NCBI RefSeq assembly: GCF_963921235.1
Contig: NC_086097.1
Span: forward strand, 6,510,001 to 6,574,000
Origin: Mobula hypostoma
Taxonomy: Eukaryota
Reading direction: 5' to 3'
DNA: 64,000 nt
The notes under the pieces were generated by a model. It did no database searches. It saw only the letters and a program-made list of their open reading frames with translations, and was not told the DNA's origin. Shown here piece by piece: positions 25,340-36,627 of this stretch. A program made the translations under genes and the position numbers. Within the stretch, counting starts at the first letter, position 1; every line of letters begins with the position of its first letter.

Positions 25340-25842
25340 ATTGTGGTGGTTGTCCATCACGAGCAGCAATGACAGGAAACCTGTGCGGGAGAGTTTTTAA
25401 AGTGGAAAAGCCGTTGCGCTCGAAAGTTCCGTCGTCTTGACCTCAGAAGTCAGTGTCCAGTGGAAGGAGTGGACATCACCAGCTGGGGTCTTCCTTGGTT
25501 ACAGTGGATGATCATGACTTCTTCTGTGCCTTGTCATGCCCTTCGTTCTCCTCGGAGCATTGTAGTACTGTAGATCTCATCCTTCCGGTCCACGGGAGCA
25601 GACTTCACATACTAGGACAGGCATGTCCCTATCACAGCGCATAAGAGGCCACTGGCTACTCTCACCTGGCTTAGCCCACTGTTGAAGCGGTGTATCAAGG
25701 TGTGGCCATTGTCACATGCAAACAGCTACTTGGAGCCACAGGTGAGAGCGAGTGTTCGGTGGGGATCAAAAGTGAGTGAGCTGCCCTGGAATGGACATGA
25801 CAAGCTCCTTCAGCAGAGGTATTACCCCTCTCTGGACAGCCC
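25340..25842 (-). mobile_element. Non-coding element, probably derived from an RTE-type 5' UTR, starting with an HDV-like fold
   Basis: GC-richer block without a credible ORF; HDV-like elements at its minus-strand 5' end. The RTE assignment is by resemblance only. Confidence 0.5.
25659..25842 (-). ncRNA. Candidate HDV/CPEB3-like self-cleaving ribozyme
   Basis: Minus-strand order: P1 GGGCTGT / J1-2 of about 87 nt / P2 CTCTCACCTG / P3 GGC / L3 TCCAAGT plus insert / P3' GCC / P1' ACACCTT / GA / P4 CCGCT-TCAAC-AGTGG / J4-2 GCTAA / P2' (GC)CAGGTGAGAG. Confidence 0.65.
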
Positions 25843-25942
25843 AGATACCCTCATCACATTGATAAGCCACTCTAGATTTTATCCAAATCTTTTTACATTT
25901 ACATTTCATATCTCCAGTGTTCTCCAGTCGGGTGTACATGAG

Positions 25943-26647
25943 CCCCAGACAGTCCTTCCAAGTGAGGCAACACTTCACTTGTGAGTCTGTTGGAGTCATC
26001 TATTGCATACGGTGCTCCTGGTGCGGCCTCCTCTACATCGGTGAAACCCGACGCAGATTAGGGGACCGCTTCGTCGAGCACCTCTGCTCTGTCCGCCACA
26101 ACAGACAGGATCTTCCGGTTGCCAACCACTTCAACTCTGCTTCCCACTCCCATTCAGATATGTCCATACATGGCCTCCTCTACTGCCATGATGAGGCTAA
26201 ACTCAGGTTGGAGGAGCAACACCTTATATACCGTCTGGGTAGTCTCCAGCCCCTTGGTATGAACATAGAATTCTCCAACTTCTGGTAATTCCCTCCCCCT
26301 CCCTTCCCCTATCCCTATTTCACTCTGCCCCCTCCTCCAGCTGCCTATCACCCCCCTCATGGTTCCGCCTCCTTCTACTACCCATTGTGTTTTCCCCTAC
26401 TCTTTCTTCACCTTTCCTGCCTATCACCTCCCTGCTTCCCCTCCCCCACCCCTTTATCTTTCCCCTTACTGGTTTTTCACCTGGAACCTACCAGCCTTCT
26501 CCTTCCCACCCTCTCCCCACCTTCTTTATAGGGCCTCTGCCCCCTCCCTCTACAGTCTTGACGAAGGGTTCCGGCCCGAAACGTCGACCGACCTTTTCCA
26601 CGGATGCTGCCCGACCTGCTGAGTTCCTCCAGCGTGTTGTGAGTGTT
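25943..26647 (+). mobile_element. Young Penelope-like element, 5'-truncated (GIY-YIG, terminal repeat, hammerhead)
   Basis: ORF 25917-26288 FTCESVGVIYCIRCSWCGLLYIGETRRRLGDRFVEH..PLGMN; perfect 13-bp TSD GGGTGTACATGAG at 25930-25942 and 26648-26660. Confidence 0.95.
26553..26590 (+). ncRNA. Minimal hammerhead motif, C3U variant
   Basis: CAGTC-TTGACGA-A-GGG-TTCCGG-CCC-GAAA-C-GTC-GACCG. Confidence 0.6.
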
Positions 26648-27027
26648 GGGTGTACATGAGGCTTGGTTTGAGAAAAATCGGGTCAGCTCAGAGGGAAAGC
26701 AAAGTGTAAGAGCATCCTGACTGCCCAAAGTGCAGGTTTTAAGGTTAGTCAAATCAGGACTAATATGTTGTATTGGAAACATCTGTCGATGTGCACCCAA
26801 ACTATAGAATAAACAACCCTAGAACTAGTTCCGTGCTTCATTTCTCACCAGCAGTCTGCAAATTCTTTTTTTTCCTTGATAGAGTTGGATGGGTGCTGGG
26901 TTCCATTGACTTCAAGTCATTACTTATGCCTGGCTTTTTAGTATCTAAGAGTGGCTTAAAAAATGATAGGAAGCACAAGTGACTGCAGGTGTTGGAATTT
27001 GGTGCAAAAAGATCTAGAATGTCACTT

Positions 27028-27305
27028 TAGCATAGCAGTTGGCACGATGATATTACAGCTCAGGGAGTCAGAATTCAGAGATTAATTCCGGTATCCTCTG
27101 TAAGCAAATTCGTATGCTCCTTCTCGTGTACCCCTACGTTTCCTCCGGGTGCTCTGGTTTCCTCCCAGCATCCGGAGATGCACCGGTTAGTAGGTTAATT
27201 GGTCATTGCAAATTGTCCTGTGATTAGGCTAGCGTTAGATAAGTGGGCGGCTATACGGTGCAGCTTGAGGGGTGGGAAGAGGCTTTTATACCCTATATCT
27301 CTAAA
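27028..27305 (+). mobile_element. V-domain (HE1-like) SINE
   Basis: TTTCCTCCGGGTGCTCTGGTTTCCTCCCA core. Confidence 0.8.
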
Positions 27306-27724
27306 GAAGTAATTGAGATGCTAGAGAAATTCAATGGGTCTGGCAGAATCCGTGGAGGGAAATGGATGTATTCATATTCATATTTGCTGGTGTTTAGAAG
27401 AATGAGGGATGATCAGATTAGATCAGGCTGTGGAAGGAAGTACTTCCTTCCTATCTGTATGTGCAATTTACTGCTATTGGCAAAGCTTCTACACATTCCA
27501 AATTGCTTTTGAACTGACTTGTTGAGCTATTAAGAAGTAATCTCTTTGCAGTGGTTGGGTTAGACAAACAGATCGCTGTCCCTGAATAACATGATTTTTT
27601 ATGACAATCTACTTGTTAATGACAGTATGTAAAGCCTTTTTTATTAACTTTTGAGATCATGACATTGCTAGAAAAGCCACATTTCTTGCCCATCCCTAAT
27701 TACCCTATAAAAAGGGTAATTACA

Positions 27725-28010
27725 GGCCCCACGGTAACGTAGCAGTTAGCACGACACTATGACAGCTCGGGTCTTTGGTGTTCAATTCTGGCATCCTCTG
27801 TGAGAAAGTTTCTTCCTGTGTTCCTAGTGCACGTGGGTTTTCTCTGGGTGCTTCAGTTTCCTCCCACATTCCAGCGATGTACCGGTTAGTAGGTTAACTG
27901 GTCATTGTAAATTGTCCTGTGATGAGGCGAGGGTTAAATAGGTGGGTTGCTGAGCAGCACAGCTCGGTGGGTGGGAAGGCCCCGTTTTGCACGGTATCTC
28001 CGAAAAAACA
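27725..28010 (+). mobile_element. V-domain (HE1-like) SINE
   Basis: tRNA-like head CACGGTAACGTAGCAGTTAGC plus V core. Confidence 0.8.
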
Positions 28011-28254
28011 GAAAGGTGTGTGAGCTGATTTCGAATTGCTGTGATTGCCTTGCTAAGAAGGGAGTTTGGGGGCTTGAACCTGACAATGATGATCGGGTGA
28101 TAGACCAGTGGATGGAAACCTGCAGGAAGTGACCTTCCCAAGTACCCGCTTATCCTTTCTTTGGTGGTGAGCCTGGAAAACTGCTGCTGGAGTTGTCTAA
28201 TTGAGGAAGTTTTGAAGACGTTGCGTACTACAGCCATGGTGTATAGGGGTAGTT

Positions 28255-29000
28255 TTTATTTTTTATGCGAAGAGCAGGCCGCTCCAGCCCTTCAAGTCCC
28301 TGTAACCTCTGACGACCCCAATTAACCATAGACTAATCACAGAACAATTTACAAAGACCAATTAACTTATCTGATTCATCTCTGGACTGTGGGAGGAAAC
28401 TAGAGCATCCGAGGATAACCCACACATTCCACCAGGAGGATGTACAAACTCCTCACAGAGGACACCAAGTAGGGTTGCCAACTGTCCCGTATTAGCCAGG
28501 ATATCCCGTATATCGGGCTAAATTGTTTTGTCCCATATGGGACCGCCCTTGTTCCGTATTTCCCCCGTTAAGGTGGAGCGTTCTTATGAAACCGTTCGTA
28601 AGCCAAAATGGCGTAAAGCGAAAAAGCAATTATCATTAATTTAGATGGGGAAATTTTTTGAGCGTTCCCAGACCCAAAAAAATAACCTACCAAATCATAC
28701 CAAATAACACATAAAACCTAAAATAACACTAACATATAGTAAAAGCAGAATCAGTAAGATTAAGCCAAAACTGATTTGTAGAAAAAAATCGGCACGTACA
28801 CGCATGCACACGCAGGTGCCCGTACAAGGCTTCATGGTCGTGGTAGTCTTTCTAGGGGTATACACAAGTGTCCTGTATTTGACTGCTACTTTTGTCCCTT
28901 ACTTGGGAGTGAGAAAGTTGGCAACCCTAACACAGAGGGACTCTGAATTCCGATGCCCTGAGCTGTAATAGTGTCGAGCTAACCACTACGCTTCTGTGGT
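28255..29000 (-). mobile_element. V-domain SINE split by a hAT MITE
   Basis: V core at 28380-28469; the head resumes after 28930. Confidence 0.8.
28470..28929. mobile_element. hAT (Blackjack-like) MITE, 460 bp
   Basis: TIRs TAGGGTTGCCAACT / AGTTGGCAACCCTA; flanks ACACCAAG and ACACAGAG (6/8 match, decayed TSD). Confidence 0.85.
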
Positions 29001-29017
29001 ACACACCTTGGATAAAT

Positions 29018-29203
29018 GGTTGTTGTAGCTGCTCCTTTCCATGCCTTGCACCACATTGGGCAGCAACTTTGCCCTTTCTTTCGCATTTGTCTGTTTTTTA
29101 TAAAGCTCAGTTGCTAGCTCGACACTCAACCCAGCACAGATGGAAGGCGTACAAGAATCAGGTTGGAATTGAATTCTGGAGGCCACTACCCCACCGGCCG
29201 GCT
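29018..29203 (-). mobile_element. tRNA-headed SINE with RTE-like body
   Basis: Reverse complement GCCGGCCGGTGGGGTAGTGGC..CTTCCATCTGTGCTGGGTTGAGTGTCGAGCTAGCAACT..TATAAAA. Confidence 0.55.
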
Positions 29204-29517
29204 TGGATAAAAGGGCACTGTAGATGAGTCTTTGTTCTTCTCTGATAAAAGTAGGGAGTGCATCAGGTGGCTGATGAGGTTCTATTCGAGCAGGGCTGTT
29301 ATCAGCCAGATGGGAGAGAGCTTCCTGAGTGTTGGATTCATTTGGGCAAGTGGAGAGAATTATCAGATTTCTGATTTCCAGCTTCTAGCTCTTGAGAAGG
29401 TACTGACTTGGCAGGAGGTGAGTCAGTCACCACAGAAAAACCAGGTTCTGATCTTATGTTTGCAGCTAGGATACTTACTAAGTTCAAGTTCAAGTTTATT
29501 TATTATTCAACCATACA

Positions 29518-30345
29518 AAATGGTGCCAGTGAACAATGCTACCGTGGGCGACAGTTTCCAGATTGTCAACAAAACTGTTTCTTCCACTTCTTCTGCATCT
29601 TCTTTTTGTTTTGAATGCGTTTCTGGTACTGTCAGAGCCTGTGATCTACAGTTTGAAAGTCTTTTCCAGCTGATTGAGCGATCTGGTGGTTTGCTGTCTC
29701 CGAGAAGATTCCAGAGAGCAGCAGCCATGAAGCCAAGAAGCTTAGAGATGGGGCATGAGCCCATGATCGACTCCATTTCTCGCCGATTAAAGCTTTGAGG
29801 AAGATTGAGAGATCAAGGTGAGTGGGGAAGATAAGAAAGTGATTAGTGGTGTCTGCCAGCGTCTCACAGCGGCTGCCAGAGGAAGGTGTCTACGTGTGAT
29901 GGTGTCTCCCTTGTTGCTCCCGGGGGAAGGCTCCTGCATCCGCGTGGTCTCTCTCTCCCATGATGGTACAAATGTTCTGGGTCCATGACTTATGCATCGG
30001 ACTGTGGTTCTCTTGGAGTCTTCCAGCTGTGTTTTAAACTCTGTGTTTTGGACTGTTCTTTCTTGTTGCCGTTTGCATGATTTGATTTTTTTTTCCATGG
30101 GTGGTGTTTGGTGTTTGTTCTTGTTGCTATTTGTGCCATTTCTTTGTTATTTTCTGTGCCGGGGAGTTAGGACTTGGGGGTTTGACGTTCTTGTTGTTGT
30201 ATGCGCTATTTGTTTTTTTTCACATGCGGGTTTGATGTTTTTCTTTGAAATGTGTTTCTTTGTTTCATAGCTGTCTGGAGAAGACAAATCTTGTTGTTGT
30301 ATACTGCATACATACTTCGATAATAAATGTACCTTGAACCTTGAA
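29518..30345 (+). mobile_element. Non-coding ~830-bp retroelement (AAATGGTGCC start, Rex-like CCTTGAA tail) nested in a minus-strand Rex-type tail
   Basis: Host CCATAC|...|TACCCATGA rejoins to match the uninterrupted copy at about 33400-33510. Confidence 0.65.
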
Positions 30346-30519
30346 TACCCATGAGTACAGCCAACTGAAAGAGCATTACCCCGGGGCCAAGGTGCAAAAC
30401 ACAGTACCAACAGTCACAATAGCACATATAAGATAGCAGTACAATATAGTCACACAATTTTTTTAAAATAAAAAATAAATAAATTAATTAATATAACAAA
30501 TGCATTTAAATTAATTTAA

Positions 30520-30778
30520 TTACTTTTTAATCTAGAGCTACAGCATGGTAACAGGCCCTTCTGGCCGAATGAGTCTGTGCTGCCCAATTACACCTACGTG
30601 ACCAATTATCTTACAAACCTATACATCTTGGGCATGTGGGAGGAAACTAGGGCATCTGGAGGAAACCCATGTTGTCACAGGGATAACATAGAAGCTCCTT
30701 ACTGACAGTGACAGGAATTTAACCCCGGTGGCCGATGCAGTAGAGCCATGTGCTTAATGTTACCTTACTGTGCTGTCC
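30520..30778 (-). mobile_element. V-domain SINE
   Basis: TGTGGGAGGAAACTAGGGCATCTGGAGGAAACCCA. Confidence 0.75.
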
Positions 30779-31159
30779 GTGTGACTGGTCTAGTTGACCT
30801 TCTGGTCAAAGGGAACCACCAGGATATTGATGAGTATTGTGGCAGTGGGGGAAGGGGTGTGATGTTTGTGGCACTCTGTGATGGTAATACCACTCTCAAA
30901 GATCGATTGATAGACTCTCCCCGACTGAGGTGGACATTGTTTGGAATTTCTAAAGCAACAGCCTTCTTCTCGCTAAGCAGCCTCTGCCTGAGCGTCTTCT
31001 TGATCTTGCTCTATGCAGGCATTTACTGATTGATGATGCAGCTGAAGATGGTTGGGCCTAGAGCACTGCCTTCAGGCTTCATGCAGGGATGTCCTGAGGC
31101 GCGCATGTTTGACCTCCAACAGCAACAGCTGTTTTCCTCTGTACAACTGATGCCCTCCA

Positions 31160-31732
31160 TTGGTAGGTGTCAATCATGAATGTTGCATCCTAGATGTCTA
31201 CGTGACACACTGGCCAGGGCAGTTTGATATGGAAGAGCAAGGCATTTGCCCGTGTACAAAAGCTTCCCCTCTCCACACAGCTGATGAACATAAAGGAACA
31301 GCAGAAACTGGTACAGTTTGGCACCAGTGCTGTCGCTGGAATTGCCAGTCAATGTTGAACTCAATATAGGACTGCCTAAGGGACTCCAGCTCCAGACTTT
31401 TCCTCAGGATTTACTCCTGAAGCCTTCCCCATGAGTAACAAGGCAGCAGAGGTTTGAAATCAGAGATTTCCTTCTACTAGAGGAGCTGCCAACCATGGCT
31501 GACGAGCCCCAGCTGCCCAAGATCATTGGTTTCAAGACTCCAATAACCCACCTTTGCCCATTCTCCTGCCAGTTGAAATGGAGCCACCAGGCCTAGCAGC
31601 TAAGCCACATGTTGAAGGCCAGTAGCTGGACTCGGTTGTCAGAGGCTATTTGAGATCATTGGGAGTGTTTCATAGGTAGTGGGAGCTTATCCCATTACCA
31701 TCTCCCACTGGCTATGACAATCTTAAGAAACC
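31160..31732 (-). mobile_element. Non-coding element, probably derived from an RTE-type 5' UTR, with a decayed HDV-like fold at its 5' end
   Basis: Reverse complement includes GGGGCTCGTCAGCCATGGTTGGCAGCTC..AGAAGGAAATCTCTGATTTCAAACC, resembling vertebrate RTE 5' regions (recognition, not database-verified). Confidence 0.5.
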
Positions 31733-31809
31733 TTTAAGGTATTATTAATTTAATACTAATAATAAAAAAATATTGCTTAGGTTTTACAAATATCAGAATA
31801 AGTTAAATA

Positions 31810-32875
31810 TGCCAACCGACACAGCCAATCAACAGATGATGCAATAGCCACAGCTCTACACACCATCCTTACATATCTGGAGAAAAAGGATGCTTATGTG
31901 AGAATGCTGTTCTTGGTCTACAGTTCAGCATTCAACACCATAATTCCCTCCAGGCTTGATAAGAAGCTCAGAGACCCCTGCCTTCATCCTGCCTTATGTA
32001 GCTGGATTCTGGACTTTCTGTCAGATTGCCGGCATGTGGTAAGAGTGACCCCTGACCTCTGCCTCTCTGACCCTCCCTCAGGGCTGTGTCCTAAGACCCT
32101 CCTTTACTCTCTGTATGCCCATGACTGTGTCGCCACCCACTGCTCCAATCTGCTAATTAAGTTTGCAGTGGTGTCAAGAAAATAACCTCTCCCTCAATGT
32201 CACAAAAGCAGGCGGAACGGAGACAGTCTCGCCCCTTTTGACATCAATGTATCTGGGGATGAGAGGGTAAACAGCTTTAAGTTGCTCGGTATACAAATCA
32301 CTGAAGATCTCATGTGGTCTGTACACACCAGCTGTGTGGTGAAAAAAGCACTTTTTCATATCAGACTGAAGAAGTTTGGCATGAGTCCCCAAATCCTAAG
32401 AACTTTCTACCGGGGCACGATTGAGAACATCCTAACTAGCTGCATCACTGCCTGGTATTCCCTCAATCGCAGGACTCTGCAAAGAGTGGTGCGGACAACG
32501 CAGAGCATCTGTAGATGTGAACTTCCCACTGTTTAGGACAGTTACAGAGACAGCTGCGTAAAAAGGGCCCGAAGGATCATTGGGGACCCAAGTCACCCCA
32601 ACCACAGACTGTTCCAGCTGCTACCATCCAGGAAACAGTACCACAGCATAAAAGCCAGGACCAACAGGTTCCGGGACAGCTTCTTCCACCAGGCCATCAG
32701 ACTGATTAATTCATGCTGATACAACTGTATCTCTATGTTATATTGACTGTCCTGTTGTACATACTATTTATTACAAATTACTATAATTTGCACTTTGCAC
32801 ATTCAGACGGAGATGTAACAAAGATTTTTACTCCTCATGTATGTGAAGGATGTAAGAAATATAGTCATTTCAATT
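31810..32875 (+). mobile_element. Rex1/Babar-type LINE, decayed RT to 3' end
   Basis: RMLFLVYSSAFNTIIP..CSWILDFLSD (31898-32185) and ITEDLMWS..GTIENILTSCITAWY (32282-32536); same subfamily as 2632-3675. Confidence 0.9.
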
Positions 32876-34039
32876 ACCTACACACTGCTAGTTTTAAACT
32901 TTGAGCCATCTTCAATTCTCATTCCTTTCAGGTCACTGTCATTCCAGTATTGTGATTAATTTTAATAGCTTTAATATGAAAACATAGTATTTGAAAATTA
33001 AGGAAATGCGTAAGTTATCTATGAGAAAATGCGAGAGACTATGTTTTTCAAAAAGTCTGACATAAATATACAAATGTTTGAATGATGAAACAGCAAATGA
33101 TGGTTGGGCCTAGAGCACTGCCTTGAAGTACTTGTGCAGTGATGTCCTGGGGAGTGGATGATTGACCTCCAAAACCCACAGCAATATTCCTTTGTGTAAT
33201 ATTCAGCTCAAAAGCACAAGCATTTAACCACTTAATCTCTAGAGGTGTTGTAATGGAATTGGAACTTCTATCCCATAGTTCAGACCTCTCCCCCAGAAAC
33301 ACTGCGACTCCATAACAAACAAGTAACTTGAAATGGAGTTTCTCTCCCACAGCCCAAACCTCTCCAGAGACACTGCTACTCCATAACAAACTATTTAATT
33401 CAGTTCAATTCCAGTTTAATTGTCATTCTACCATACATGAATACCCATGAATACAGCCTAACGATACAGCATTGCTCCAGGGCCGAGGTGCAAAACACAG
33501 TACCAACAGTCACAAACTGCTCATACAGGATAGAAAGCACATGTAAGATATCAGTAAAATACAGCTGCACACAAAAAAAAATCCAGCTACTGAGTCCATA
33601 AATGCCATAGAAATCTGCAGTCAACAATACAACTTATCTTTTACTGAGTGAGCACTGGGGGACAGCACTGGCTCCAGCCTGGATGCCACACCACACTGCC
33701 CCCAATGGATTCCACCAGCTTCGATGCCTCTCTTCTGAATTGAACTCAGGAACAAATGAATGGAATTGAAATTTATAACCCTCAGTCCAGAGCTCTCTTT
33801 CAGAAACACTGCTTCTCCTCACCAAACAAATGCTGTAGGTACTCAAAAGTCCAGGCCAAATCTTTCTAATAATTTATTTATTAAATTTATTAATTTATTT
33901 CAAATTCCTGGTTGTCAACATATTTGACGATTTATCCTGGGCCCAACAGAATAATGCAGTCACAAAGACAGTCCCATATTTCATTAGGAGCTTGAGAACT
34001 TTTGGTATGTTACCAAAGATACTCACAAAATTTACAGAT

Positions 34040-34337
34040 CTTATTTAGCTATGCAGCACAGAGTAGCCTCTTCTGGCCCTTTGAGACATATCTCACAGCA
34101 ACTCCCAACAAACCTGATCAACCCTGAACTAATCACAGGACAATTAACAATGACTAATTAACCTCCCCAGTACACCTTTGACCTTGGAATGAAACCAGAG
34201 CACCCTGGAGAAAACCCATACATTCCATGGAGAGGACATACAGATACTCCTTTCAGAATGGTGCTGGTATTGAACCCTCAACTCCAGAATGCCGCGAGCT
34301 GCAATAGTGCACACTAACCGCCACACTAACATGGCAC
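34040..34337 (-). mobile_element. V-domain SINE
   Basis: GAAACCAGAGCACCCTGGAGAAAACCCA core; head GCACACTAACCGCCACACTAAC. Confidence 0.75.
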
Positions 34338-34719
34338 ATCCGTGGAGGAAATGGACAGTCAACATTTTGAGTCAGGACTCTTCCATCTGGAGTGAAAGAT
34401 AGAGGAATTAGACAACATAAAGGGGTAAGGGGAAAGGGGTGCAAGTGACACTATAGACAAATCTAGGTGAGGAGCAGTGACAGGAAGATGGAGAAGGGAA
34501 GATGACAAGAAAGGTAGAAGGTTTGTAAATGCCCGATTTTGTAGATTCTGGCAGTAGTTGATGAAAAGGTTGGGAAGATAAGTTGGGACGAGGGAAAATG
34601 GGATTTGATGTTTAGTGTAGATTCTTAAGGCCAAAGGGTCTTGTTCTGCTCAGGATGATTCAACGGCTTTCCATACCTAAAAGAACATTGTCAATGCAAT
34701 TTGTCATGAATACAGAAAG

Positions 34720-35390
34720 GGCCCCCATCACCCAGGATGTGCCCTCTTCTCGTTGCTACCATCAAGGAGGAGGTACAGGAGCCTGAAGACACACACTCAA
34801 CATTCTAGGAATAGTTTCTTCCCCACTGCTGCCATCCATTTTCTGAATGGATATTGAACCCATGTACACTACCTCACTATAGTTTTCTTTTTTTTTGCTC
34901 TCATTTTGCACTCCACTGCTGTAGTCTAAATCCAAAGTGGTGATGAAACAGCATATAGGCGGGTGATTGAAAATCTGGCTGAGTGGTGCCATAACAACAG
35001 CCTCTTATTCAAAGTCAGTAGAACAAAGGAGCTGATTATTGAGTCCAAGTGGAGGAAACCATAGATCTATGAGCCAGTCCCCATCAGGTATCAGAAATGC
35101 AGAGGGTCAGCAACGTCAAATTCCTCGGTGTTACCATTTCAGGCGATCTGTCCTGGGCACAGCACATAAACGTCATTACAAAGAAAACTCAGCAGCAATT
35201 CTACCTCCTCAGAGGTTTGCGAAGATTCAGCATGACGTCTAAAACTTTGACAACCTTCTAGAGACATGTGTATGGTGGAGATTTTGTTGACCGGTTACGT
35301 CACATTCTGGTATGGAAACACCAATTACCTGGAATGTAAATCCTACAAAAAGTAATGGATATGGCCAAGCCCATCATGGGTAAAGGACTG
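34720..35390 (+). mobile_element. Rex1/Babar-type fragments
   Basis: GAAAATCTGGCTGAGTGGTGCCATAACAAC (ENLAEWCHNN) and KELI motifs. Confidence 0.65.
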
Positions 35391-35391
35391 C

Positions 35392-36608
35392 AGCACACAC
35401 AAAATGCTGGTAGAACTCAGCAGGCAAGGCAGCATCTATGGAAAAAAAGTATAGTCATCGTTTCGTGCTGAAACCTTTCAGCAGGACGGGAGAAAGAAAG
35501 ATGAGGAGTCGATTTAAAGTAGGGGAAGGGAGAGAGAAATTCCAGGTGATAGGGAGGGATAAAGTAAAGGGGTGGGAAGTTGATTGGTGAAAGAGAAACA
35601 GGGCTGGAGAAGGGGGGATCTAATAGAGGAGGACAGAAGACCATGGAAGAAAGAAAAGGGGGAGGAGCACCAGAGGGAGGCGATAGGCAGGCAAGGAGAT
35701 AAGGTGAGAGAGGGAAAAGGGGACAGGGAATGGTGAAGGAGAGGAGTGGGGGCATTACCGGAAGTTGAAGAAATCGATGTTCATGCCTTTAGCTTGGAAG
35801 CTACCCAGACAGAATATAAGGTGTTGTTCCTCCAACCTGAGTGTGGCCTCATCGCAACAGTAGAGGAGGTCATGGATTAACACATTGGAATGGGAGTAGG
35901 AGGTGCAGTTAAAATGGGTGACAGTGGGAGATCCAGCTTCTTCTGTTGGATTGCACATAGGTGCTTGGCGAAGTGGTCTCCCAATCTACGTCCAGGTCTC
36001 ACCAATATGCAGGAGGTCACACCGGAGATAGTATATGACCCCAGCTGACTCATAGGTGAAGTGTCACCTCATCTGGAAGGACTGCTTGGGGCCCTGAATG
36101 GTAGTGAGGGAGGAGGTGTAGGGGCAGGTGTAGCACTTGTCTGCTTGCAAGGATAAGGGCCAGGAGGGAGGTCAGTGGGGAGGAGCGAATGGAAAAGGAG
36201 TCATGTAGGGAGTGATCCCTGCGGAAAGCAGCAAGTAGGGGGGAGGAGGGAAAGATGTGCTTGGTTGTGGGTGGAGGTGACGGAAGTTCCGGAGAATTAT
36301 GTACTGGACATGGCAGCTGGTGGGCTGGTAGTTGAGGACAAGAGGAACCCTATCTCTGGTAGGGTGGCGGGAAGATGGGGTAAGAGGAGATGTACATGAA
36401 ATGGAAAAGATATGGTTGAGGGCAGCGTTGATGGTGGAGGAAGGGAACCTTGGTCTTTGAAAGAGGAGGACATCTCCTTTGTTTTAGAATGAAAACCCTC
36501 AACCTGAGAGCAGATGTGGTGGAGATGGAGGAATTGTGAGAAGGGGATGGCATTTTTACAGGTAGCAGGGTGAGAAAAGGTGTAGTCCAGGTAGCTGTGA
36601 AAGTCCAT
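35392..36608 (-). mobile_element. Penelope-like element (RT thumb, GIY-YIG, terminal repeat)
   Basis: DFHSYLDYTFSHPATCKNAIPFSQFL (36297-36608); HFNCTSYSHS..RLEEQHLIFCLGS..GMNIDF (35755-35958). Confidence 0.92.
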
Positions 36609-36627
36609 GGATATCGCTCACATTGTT

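Noticed and set aside
29232..29798. 188-aa ORF
   Set aside because: Spans unrelated repeat fragments, starts at TTG and has no recognisable domain.
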